A DNA stretch of 64,000 bases from the human T2T-CHM13v2.0 reference genome, Homo sapiens: assembly GCF_009914755.1 (NCBI RefSeq), contig NC_060934.1. One strand, 5' to 3'. Positions 28,422 through 44,695 of the stretch are shown here, piece after piece. The notes beneath the pieces were generated by a model. That model was not told the origin of the DNA, did not search any database, and was given only the letters and a program-made list of their open reading frames with translations. Each line of letters starts with the position of its first letter. Positions within the stretch are counted from its first letter, which is position 1. The translations under genes were made by a program, and so were the position numbers.

Positions 28422-29949
28422 TCAAATGCAGAAGTGGGCTTGTCATGGGTAGGGCTTTCGGCGTACGATAAAAGGATCATTTGTTTTTTAAAAGGGGTTG
28501 GAAAAACTGGTTTTCCAGTTGGAAACAGTAAAGGTTGTAAGCTTTGTGTGTACAAAAGAAAACAGGGAATGCAGGTGTGTTTATAGCGTTGTGGTTCAAG
28601 TCCCTCTTAACAAGAACTCCAAAGCTGGAAAGCAGGAGGGAACAAAGGTGAACATGAAGGCGAGGATGCTGGGGCCCTGCAGTGCGCTCTAGGCTGTGCG
28701 TGAGCCGGGACTGTACCCACAGCTTGCTGAGGGCTGCTCTTCTTGGGCCAGGGAAAGCAGGGCAGCCGGGACCTGCGGCTGTGCCTGGACTGAAGCTGTC
28801 CCGCAGGTCCCCACCCTCCAACACGTGCTCACCTGTCCCCCTCCTCGCAGCAGCCTCGGGACAAAACAATGACTCAAGGACAGCACTTCTTGCAGAAGGT
28901 CTGGAAGTGCCCAGAATGGGAGGCACGGAAGCCCCTCCCGGGGAGGACTCCCGCGTTGATGGACCGTTCTTGGTGCAGACTCCTGACTGCGTGCATGAAA
29001 CCTGAGACAAGTGCAATTCCTTCCATGTCGCCCCAGAGTGCCCAGGAGGCAGGCAGTGCGGGGTGCCCAGGCAGACGGGTTCAGCCTGCAGAACTGGAGG
29101 CGACCTGTGAAACCCACCCGGGCACCCCAACAGGAACAGAAGCGTGGTCCTGCGGCTGCGTCCCCAGCGAGTTTCACTTTCCCCTTGCTCGTTTCTCCCT
29201 TGTTGTAAGTGTTTACAACTGGCATGTGCTTTTAAACGTCAGGTAAGAGGGGAACAGCTGCTGTACATCGTCCTGGCGAGTGACAATGTGACAGAAGCCT
29301 GGGCGAGGCCCTCGGAGGGCAGCAGCTGGACAGGGACTACTGGGTTTGGCCTGGACAGCACTGATTTGTGGATGTGGATGGGGGCACGTTGTCCGTGATA
29401 AAAGTACAAGTGCCCCTCACCGCCCGTGGAGATTGCTTTCTGGTCCCCTGTGTGGCCCCAGGCCACAAACCACACCGTCTTGGTCCTGAACTCTCCCGGT
29501 GAGTAAGGGCCCTGGCCTGGTGGTGTCTCGAGGTCCTGCCAGCACACTGGGCCCTACAAGGTGGGCAGCCCCTTGGGGCTGAGCTGTGCCTGTTCGGAGG
29601 CACACCTGGGCCTCCTTAGGGCCCTGGCTCCATCCTGCAGATGAGGAGCTCTGGAAAAGGGCAAAGTCCCGGAGGCTGAGGAGTGGGGCGGGCTCCAAGT
29701 GTCCAGCAGGGACCTAGACCCTGAGTTCTGGGGGATCCACAAGGCCCTCAGGCCCAGGGAAGGCTCTGCCACCCACGACTTCCAAACTTCTCTCCCTGTC
29801 CCCCATCCGGGGCTGCAGAGTGAGTTGGCCCAGGCCTCATGGGCTGCTGGTATCTGGGTGGACCTTGAAGACCAAGATGCCCCCAAGCCCTACTCCACCC
29901 ACCTGCTGCGTCACAGCTGGCCGGGATGCAGTGACCACTCCGCTGGCCT

Positions 29950-31412
29950 CAGCCTGTTTCCGCTCTCCCCTGGGGGCCTTCCTCACATCCCCACAGCCTG
30001 TTTCCGCTCTCCCCTGGGGACCTTCCTCACATCCCCGCAGCCTGTTTCCCACTCTCTTCTGGGGTCCTCTGGCTGACAGCTGGACGTCAGTCCCAGAGTT
30101 TGGCAAGTCCTCTGCTCCTGGATGCCCCCAGCTGCCCCCACAAGCACAGTGCCCCAGGTGCTCTTGGCCCCACCCCACTCAACATCCCCATGTGGACATC
30201 TTACAAGCACTGGGGGTCCTGACCTGACTGGGGGCGCAGGGCGGCGGGGCAGAGACACCTACACATCCCGGGCAGAGGAAGGCGGTCAGAAGCTGCAGCT
30301 GTGAGGAGGTCTCAGCACAGCTGGGCACGAGGGGTGCAGCCTGGACGCGCCGGAGGGCAGGGGTCAGGGCGTAGGACAGGGCCCCTCAGGGTCCAGCTCT
30401 CTGCGAGACAGAAAGTCTTGGGGTCCAGCCAAGATGCATCCGGAAACAACAGTCTTTAGATGCCAGAACTCCTGAGCTCCACGGTGATTCCTGCCGAAGC
30501 TGAGTCACGTGTGGGTGTGTCACCCGTGCTGCACGTGGCGTGTGAGTGGGTGTGTCACGTGTGATGTGTGTGGTGTGAGTGCGTACATGTCATGGATGTG
30601 AGAATTCCGTGTTGTGCTCTGGATGTGGGGTGTATATGTGTTTGTGCATGTGTAGTGTATGCACGCGTGTTACTGTATCTTGTATGCTGTGCATGTGTAA
30701 TGTGTGCTGTGCCGTGTGTGGCGTGTGCATGTCCTGTGTGCATGTGTAATGTGTGTGCTGTGTATGTGTTGTGTGCACCACGTGTGTGTCATGTCTGTGC
30801 TGTGTGTGTAGTGAACGTGTGTGCTGTGTGGGTGTGTAGTGAGCGTGTGTGCTGTGTGTGGGTCGTGTGTAGTGAACGTGTGTACTGTGCATATGTTGTG
30901 TGTCTCTCCCAAGCCCCGGACACACTTTGTCAACTCTGCCTTGTCCTCTCTGTAACCGGAGTGGCTGTCAGGGCAGGGAGGCTGTGGGGCCGGGTGTGGA
31001 CGCCGGGGACTGAGGCTGCCGATGGGCCCTGGGCCTGCGATGCCGCCGGGCTTCCTGCTCACCCTCCTTTCCCTCTGAGCTGCCCAGCTGCATGGGGCCG
31101 AGGGCTATGCCGGCTCCTTCCTGCTCACCCTCCTTTCCCTCTGAGCTGCCCAGCTGCATGGGGCCGAGGGCTATGCCGGCTCCTTCCCCACGGGATCAGG
31201 TGGGAGGTGCAGTCGCTATGAAATAGTCCTGCCAAGAATCTCTGGGAACCTGCACATCTAACTTCCAGTGGACAGGAACCCTCGGGGGCTCCCAGGGCGC
31301 CCAGCTGGGCTCCTGCAGAAGCCTCTGTGAGAGAAGGTGGGGTGCCCTCGGGGGCTCCCAGGGTGATCAGCTGGGCTCCTGCAGAAGCCTCTGTGAGAGA
31401 GGGCGGGGTGCC
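29950..31412. repeat. Local tandem duplications (44-bp x2.3 at 29950; 66-bp x2 at 31051; 66-bp x2 at 31279) and a TG-rich tract at 30505-30903
   Basis: Periods read directly from the sequence. Confidence 0.85.
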
Positions 31413-31990
31413 CTTGATGCAGAGGCTGGGGAGACGCAGCCGCAGGTGCACACATGAGCCCTGACAAAGAAGTGTGGGAAAGCACAGCCCTGCACAGCTG
31501 GTGGGGATGATTCCGAGGGGCTCGGGACGGTGCTGGGGAGTGGTCCGTGCCCTCAGGTGTGGAGAACACCCTGTCTCCAGAGGCAGCGCTCAGGGCCTCA
31601 GATCTGAAACTGACATTCAAAGGGTTCAAGACATAGCATGACGTAAATATGGCAGAATATCCACTCCCCTCTCCGTGGGGAGTCCACGGGGCTCGTGCAC
31701 TTCTCTTTTCAATTCTGCACCTGAGACTATCCAGGAAACTGCAGGGAAGAGGCTGCTTGGACTCGGCCCCTAGCCGGCCCCAGCGTCTCTTCCGAGGCCC
31801 AGCACTCACTCCCATTCTGAGCCCAGACTTGTCGGCTTCCAGGCCGTGAGGAAGTGGCAGAGTGCTCAGGGCCTCCTAGGCCACGCCAGGACCTCTGGAG
31901 CAAAGTGGGCTCACTGAACAAAAGCAGGCCTTGGCCTCCTTTAGGGGTGTTTGGTGGGGCCCTGCACAGCCCCCAGTCAAAGAAAAATCA

Positions 31991-32362
<372 letters not shown>

Positions 32363-34177
32363 TCAGAAAGGTTCCGTTCATGCCCCAGAGTGGCGGTCAG
32401 CTTCTCAGGGGACTCCTGGGGCTCCTGAGTACTCCCCAAGGCAGGGTCTCAGAGGGCTTCCTCTTGTTCCCAGGCCAGGAGGACCCTCGTTCCCAGCCTG
32501 GCTGTCCACAGAAGCCACAGTGAGCCACTCCCCCATGGTGCCCCTCAGCCCCCACCTACCATTCACAGGACAACGGCCTCAGGACCGGGGGGCTGTGGCC
32601 AGGAGGCCTCCGTTTCTGGGACGCCTTCCAGCCCCGTCCTGGCCCCTGTGCTCCTTCCAATGCCCTCAGCAGGGTCTCAGTGGCTGGACCTGATACGTGG
32701 GCATGTCTTGGCAAGCCTGGACAGCCACCTTGGTGGGGTCTTGGCAGGAGCCCTGCCCATCTTCCTGGGGGAATTCATCCCTCTCCCTGCCCAGCAAGCC
32801 GCCCACCCTGCAGTACAGGTGAGGGCACACGGCCCAGCTCACCCAGCCCAGATCCCAGGGAGGGCATAGCCCTCAGAACCACAGCTCTTCTGGGGAAATG
32901 GGCACCATACTGGAGAGTGGGGCCTCTCCTTTCACAGCCCAGCAGGTGCTGTTAATTACACCGCAGCCTTGCAGGGACAGAGCTGGGCAGGGTACGAGCG
33001 CAGAGTGAGGCGGAGGGACGGAGCCAGGCGGGGTACGAGCGCAGAGTGAGGCAGAGCCTTTGGCTCCCTGGATCCAGCCGTGCCTGCATCCCCATTCTGC
33101 CGACACTGTCTGGAGTAACAGCTGCTGCTGCATGTCCGCACAGCACAGCGAGGTAATACCTGCTTTATCTGTGCAGCTTTAAAGCCCTATGTTCAGGTGT
33201 CCTGTGGAGAGTGACTCGAAGGCCTGCAAGAGACTCCCCAGCAGGGCCGACCTCCACCGTTCCCTAGGGGGCAGGGGGAGCAGCCGAGCTCGTTGGGGTG
33301 GGGGGCGTGGCTGCCCTTCCACATGTGGCCTGCGGCCCCCCGGCCGGAAGCACCCCACCCCTCTGCCTGCTGCCTGATCTTTCCCCTCGGACACCCCAGC
33401 TGCGGGCTGTGAGGGAGGTGGGAGGTGACTATCAGATGAGATTAGTGCTAGGCTTGGAGAGGAGGCGCAGCCTGGGGAGGCAGCCCCTGATAACCGGCCT
33501 GGGGGCCTCTCAGCCAGCTCATTGCTCCATTTGCTGGGCTCATTGGTGATAAAGGCTGTGGCCTTCAAAGACCTGGGCGTGGCCCTGCCGGCTGACGAGG
33601 ACTCTGGCTGAAGGGTGGGGCCTCCCCGACTCCCGTTCAGGCCTCCTTTTAAGACAGCAGCCGACTGTCATTCTTTAAACAGGGCTGATGAGGGACCCCC
33701 TGTCCATTTTTCTTCAGTGGGAAGTCAAGACCGCAGTCCCACCCTGGCCATTGTGGAGGCCTGGAAGCTGCGGGGCCCCCGCCCAGGACAGACCAGTGCC
33801 CCCCACCCTCACAAGCCGTCCCTCTGGGCTCTCCCAACACTGCCGGCCGGTCCCAGGCTCTGGTCATCAGAAGGGTGGCCCCAGACCGGTGCCCAGCCCA
33901 GGCCCCCAACCGAGGCCCCAGGAGCCGTTTCATCCCCCCGTGTTTATGCATTTTTAACTAAGTTCCCCCAAGTCCACACGTGACTAATGTGACGTCCAAC
34001 CACCGTGAACGAGAGGAGACCAGCACGACAGAGCTGCTTTGTCAAAATTTGTATTTATTGTCAAAACTTTACCACATCTCACACATTTAAATGAAATTAG
34101 CTCTACTGAAATTTCTGACCAGAAAATCAACTCATACCCATGATTACAAAAGTAATAAAGGTGTTAAGAAGCAACAG

Positions 34178-34763
<586 letters not shown>

Positions 34764-35068
34764 TCAGACTGGTCACAGAGCACCGCCCAGCTCCAGCCCT
34801 CCTCTCTGCATCCTGGGTCCCAGCTCAGGGGCTGCAGAGATCAACCCAGGGCAGAGGCCTGGACCACGTCCTCCCCAGACACTTCCAGAACCCACACAAA
34901 AGCACACATCCACGTTTCCCTTGTTCTAGAATATTTGGCCCCTTTCTGCCCCAAGGATGTGGGGGTCAAAGCCCCGGGGCTCCCGGCCGAGGAGAAAGGA
35001 AGCAGGTGGAGTCCCAAGTCAGGAGGCAGGTGCTGCTGGAGCAGGTGCAGGTGCACTGGTGCAGGTGC

Positions 35069-35178
35069 CGCTGGGGAGGACCCGACCGCCCCGTTTTCCC
35101 ATGCCCTATACCTCTTTAGGCCAGATCCTCAAAGAAGTATATGCATAGGAAAAAGGAACGGCGGGTGGCTCTGAGGCG
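35069..35178 (-). ncRNA. MIR202: pre-miR-202 hairpin; 5p at 35130-35151 (UUCCUAUGCAUAUACUUCUUUG), 3p at 35096-35115 (AGAGGUAUAGGGCAUGGGAA)
   Basis: Both mature arms recognised and mutually complementary. Confidence 0.97.
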
Positions 35179-36553
35179 GGCCGGCTCTTCAGCACTGGGA
35201 GGTGGCTGTCCTGGGGGAGGGTCCCGTGCCGGGCAGCAGGGAGAAGTCGGGACTGAGGCCTGGTGGGCACGGAGATCCTGTGGGAGTGAGGAGGGCAGAG
35301 CCAAGCCAGGGCCGAGTTCCCAGAGGCAGGCCTTGGGCCTCGTCTTACCTGTGGTCCAGCCTCCTGGGCCGCTGGCGCTGGGTAGCCCGTGAGCCTCGTG
35401 AGCCTGGGAGGAGCGGTGGAGAACTCTCTGAGCCGGGAGTTCTGCTGCTGCCGAGCGAGCTCCACATTTATGCGCAGGGGAGACCTTGGCCGCCGCTGTC
35501 ACATGCAACCAGAGGGCTGCTCTGTGCCAAGGACCCCGTCGCACCCCCGCACCTGCCAGATTGGGGCACAAAGACCTGCTGTGAGAAGAGTGCTGAGCCA
35601 GGGCCCGCCGGGCGGGCGGGCGGCGAGGGCTGTGGGCCGGGGGCTGCTGGCCCGGGAGCTGGGATGGGGCCAGCCTGTCCCCCCGCCTCCTCCAACCCTT
35701 ATCTCCCCACGCGCTTCTGCTTGCGTCAGGGGCCCGGAAAGCACACGTGAGCAAGAATCGCTTGTCCAGGGAAGGGGCCGACTCTCCTTCCTGGGCCTGC
35801 CCAGCTCAGCAATAAGCAGCACCTTGGGCTGCACCCGCAGCCTCCTGGCTCACAGGGGCTCTCAGAACCCCCAGCCAGCGTGTCCAACACTGTCCTGGCC
35901 ACTGGGAACCAGACCCCACCCCCAGGGTAGGTGGCCCTGCTTGGCCTGGGGCGGCCTCCACAGCTGGGGCTCCCTGAGGATTCACGGCATCAGGCGGACA
36001 CTGGTCCAGTGAGGCCCAGAGCCTTCCCCGGGCCACAGAGCCCGCGAGCACGTGGAGAGGGGCCACGCTCTGCAGCCTTGGGGGCAAGAGTGCAGGGTCG
36101 GAGGGAGAGGGCCCCTCAGGGACAGCTGGCCAGACCCACAGCTGCCCACACAGAGCGAGACCACACAGGCAGGCAGACACCCTCTCCTAGGGCCAGGGAG
36201 CCCCCGGCCGAAGGGCCCAGGCAGGCAGCAGAACTCCTGCAGGTCTGGGGCTGTCCCTGTGTCCCAGGCTCAGGACACAAGGAAGAGGCCCAGAGGAGGC
36301 CAGGGCACAGGGCTTCCACAGGTGGCCAGGGACAGGGCTTCTGAACCCCAGCCAGCGGTCTCTCCCCAGGACGTAGGCAAGTGGAGGCTGGAGAAGGAAC
36401 AAGGCTGAGGCCTCAGAGGCCTCTTCAGTGACCATGTCCTCGGGGAGACTCAACGTCGCTAGGCAGGCCCGTGCGGGCGCCTGGCCCCAGCACCTGTGAT
36501 CTGTAGGGCCAGAGTCTCAGGACTGACCCGACGCAGCACCCACATGCGGCAGG

Positions 36554-38330
36554 GACACACAGAGACCCCCATAGACACACGTAGACACATACAGACTCAC
36601 ATAGACACACACAGAGACACACACAGACACACATAGACACACACAGAGACACAGACATGTAGACAGAGACACACTCAGACATGTAGACACACAGAGACAC
36701 AGATGTACACAGAGACACACACAGACACGCACACAATGGACCCACACACCCCCCAGGTGCAGCGGGCCTTGACTGTTGTACGCGAGAGTCTCCTGTCCCC
36801 TGAGTGGGGAGGGGCGTGGGGGGCATGAGGGGCCAGGTGGGGCTGCAAGACTGTCCAGCGCCCTCCTGATGGCCCCCGAGGCGGCCAGGAGCCCCGTCTG
36901 GGGAAGGACGAGTGGGCCCTGCTGGGCAGGAGGAGCCATAGGGACCATGGGGATGATGGACGATGGATGATGACCCAGCCACCTGCCAGGCCACTCTGCA
37001 GACCCCCCATGGGAGCAGCCTCTGCCCCCACCTTGTGCAAACCGTTGATCTGCACGCCAGGCCAAGCAGGTGATTGTCACTACCAGCGATGGCCACAGAG
37101 GGGTGGGGGGGAGCACATCAGTCGGTCACAAGCCCTCCTGGTGGGGACATGGGGCTGGGGACAGGCCCTGCTCAGGGCTGGTCCCCCACAACGAGGCCCA
37201 GAGTGGGCACGGGGGGCTGCTGGGCTCCATCCACCTGCTGGCAGGCTGAGGGTTGCCTTCTGGGGGAGGAGGGAACGTGGAGCTCAGACACACGCATGCT
37301 CACACTCAGGCTCATGCACACTCCTGCAGGCATGCTCACATCCACACACACGTGCATGCACAATTCACACACTCAGGCTCACCCACACTCACTCCTGCAG
37401 CACGCTCACATCCGCACACGCATGCACAATTCACACACTTATGCTTACCCTCACTCACACACGCCCATGGTCCCCCACCTCCATGAGGTCCGAGGATCCG
37501 AGGAAGAGTCCTTGGGGGGCTAGCAGGGGAGGGGCCCCACTCCTCCAGACACCTAGAACCTACACAGAGAGCCCCAGCATCACACTTCGGGGGCCTGGGC
37601 TCAAAAGGCCCCTGCAGAGCCCCCCATCCTGGGCCTCCGCCCAGCATCAGCCCTCCCCGTTTCTCCCCGTTGTTTCTCCCCGTTTCTCCCCGTTTACAGC
37701 TGCCCGGCGAGGCTTCTGGGAAACACATAATGCAAACCCTGACCTTGGGCTCCTGACCTCGGTTCTGCAAGAGGGAAGGAGGAGACAGGCAGAGGGCCAG
37801 AGAGACAGAGACAGAGAGACCAACAGACACAGAGAGAGACACACACAGAGTCAGAGAGAGAGAGAGAGGCAGACACAGAGAGAGACACAGACAGAGACAG
37901 AGAGAGAGAGATCAGCAGACACAGAGAGGGACACAGACATAGAGGGACAGAGACAGAGACAGTGGGGAAACAGAGACCAAGAGACAGAGACAGTGGGGAG
38001 ACAGAGAGAGAGACAGACACAGAGAGACAAAGAGAGAGAGACACGGACAGAGATAGAGAGACACAGTGGGGAGACAGAGACCGAGAGACAAAGACACAGA
38101 GACAAAGAGACAAACAAAGAGACAGAGACAGTGGGGAGACAGAGAGTAGGGAGATAGAGACAGAGACACAGAGACAGTGGGGAGACAGAGAGGCAGAGAC
38201 AGAGAGACACATACAGAGAGAAAGAGCAGGGAGACAGACAGACACACACAGAGAGACACATACAGAGAGACAGAGACAGCGGGGAAGCAGGGAGACAGAG
38301 ACAGAGAGACACACACAGAGAGACAGAGAC
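36554..38330. repeat. CA/GA-rich simple repeats (36554-36735, 37285-37460, and GAGACA-rich 37783-38330)
   Basis: Directly visible low complexity. Confidence 0.88.
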
Positions 38331-38926
38331 AGCAGGGAGGCTCTGGGCTATTCTAGGGCATCGCCCAGTCCCTCACTTGGTTTCCCTAACTTTTTTCTGG
38401 ATTATAAACCCACACCTGCTAATCAGGAAGACTTTCATCATCCACACGGGTTTAAAGGGGCTTCCAGGGACCGGAGGGTCGGGCTGCGCACAGGTGTGGG
38501 GACGGCCACCCTCTGCTGCCTCTGCAGGTGGAGGAGCCCAGGGCCCGTCTTCCTGCTGGCCCCATCGGCTGGAGCCTGGGAGCTGGGGTGACAACTGGGT
38601 GGGGGCCCAGACCCCCCTCTGTTTCCCCCTAGGCCTCAAGGAGCCACAGAAGGCTGTGGGCCAGGCAGTGGGCAGAGGGTGGCCGTCCCCACACCTGTGC
38701 GCAGCCCGACCCTCCGGTCCCTGGAAGCCCCTTTAAACCCGTGTGGATGATGAAAGTCTTCCTGATCAGCAGGTGTGGGTTTATAATCCAGAAAAAAGTT
38801 AGGGAAACCAAGTGAGGGACTGGGCGATGCCCTAGAATAGCCCAGAGCCTCCCTGCTGTCTCTGTCTCTCTGTGTGTGTCTCTCTGTCTCTGTCTCCCTG
38901 CTTCCCCGCTGTCTCTGTCTCTCTGT
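38262..38926. repeat. Inverted repeat: 255-bp arms (38262-38516 / 38672-38926), 155-bp spacer, one mismatch
   Basis: Arms compared by eye. The mismatch is at 38421/38767. ORFs 38377+ and 38811- translate identically over the arm. Confidence 0.95.
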
Positions 38927-39914
38927 CTTGTGCTGTCTTGGGCTCGGGCTGCCGGGTGGAACTGGTCAGAGGGGCGGCAGCCGAGGGACCAGGTGTCAGT
39001 GTCGCCTGGCCATCCTGGCTACGAGCCCTGGAGGTCCTGAGACCCCTCAGGGGATTCTGTGAGGTGACAGGAGGGACTCAGAGCAAACCCCAGCCCCTGA
39101 GGGCCGAGGGACCACCCGCAGGTGGACCCCAGGCTTCCCGACAGGCACACCCCACACACCTGCCCCCGTCCCGAGCTCCCTGTGGCTCCCCAGTGCTTTG
39201 AATGAAACCCAGCCTGTGAGCAGGAGGACAGGGACCCACCTCACCCACTGGAGGCCGCACAGCCTGGCTCCCACCCATCCTGGGGACCTCCTGCCGGAGA
39301 TTTGCAGAGTAGGGGTGGAAGGGCCTGAAAGCAGAGGAGCCCCACCCGGGCATCCTTCCCACCATCCCGGGGCCTCCTGCTGCACCGCCAACCCCGAGAA
39401 GGCCTCAGCAGTCCAGCCAGCACCAGCCGGGGACTGTGTCCTGGTCCTTCCCCCATCAGCAGGGGTCAGGATGACCACCTGGGCAGGGGCCCTGCTGTGG
39501 GTCCAGACACTCCCTGGGTGCCTCAGACCCCAATAGCAGCCCCTCCACACCAAACACACCGGCCACCCTCCCTCCCTCCACCAGAAACAGAAAGGATCTC
39601 TGTGGGTCTGGCAGACGTGCTTGGCACGGAGCTGGCGGTGATAACGGGTGGCCTTCAGGCGGCTCCACTCCCTCCATTCCATTCCTTGTGGGGCCCGGTG
39701 GAGGCGGGTGGCGGGGGTGTCCCTGCAGCTGTCTCTGGCCAAAGGCAGCCCACTGTTAACCCTTGGTGGACTCTCCCTGCTGAAGTTCCCAAAGAGGGTG
39801 GCCTGCTCCTCCTGCATCGCATGTGGAGACCTCAGTCTACACTGGCCACACCCTGAGGCTGGGCCCAACCCTGCCCAGCAGCCCGTCCTGCCCCACACCT
39901 CATCTTGCCCTATC

Positions 39915-40190
39915 CCACCCTGCACCCCACCGTGCCCCGCTCTGCACCCCGGCCCGCCCTGCACCCCATCCCTCCCTGCACCCCAGCCCGCCCTGCACCC
40001 CGCCCCACCCTGCACCCCAGCCCACCCTGCACCCCGGCCCGCCCTGCACCCTATCCCTCCCTGCACCCCAGCTCTCCCTGCACCCCGTCCTGCCCTGCAC
40101 CCCGTCCTGCCCTGTACCCCATCCCTCTCTGCACCCTGTCCTGCCCTGCACCCTGTCCCACTCTGCTCCTGACCCTGCCCTGCAGCCCCC
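39915..40190. repeat. C-rich minisatellite (CCCTGCACCCC core)
   Basis: More than 10 degenerate units of about 18-20 bp. Confidence 0.85.
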
Positions 40191-40281
40191 ACCCCATAGG
40201 TCCAGTGTCCCGGGAGTCAGCACTTCCCTCAGGTTATGTGCTGGTCCCACCGACCCCTGAGTTGCAGGCCGGGCGATGTCA

Positions 40282-44695
<4,414 letters not shown>

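Noticed and set aside
36967-38591. Arg/Glu/Thr-rich ORFs (396 and 209 aa)
   Set aside because: Derived from GA and CA simple repeats.
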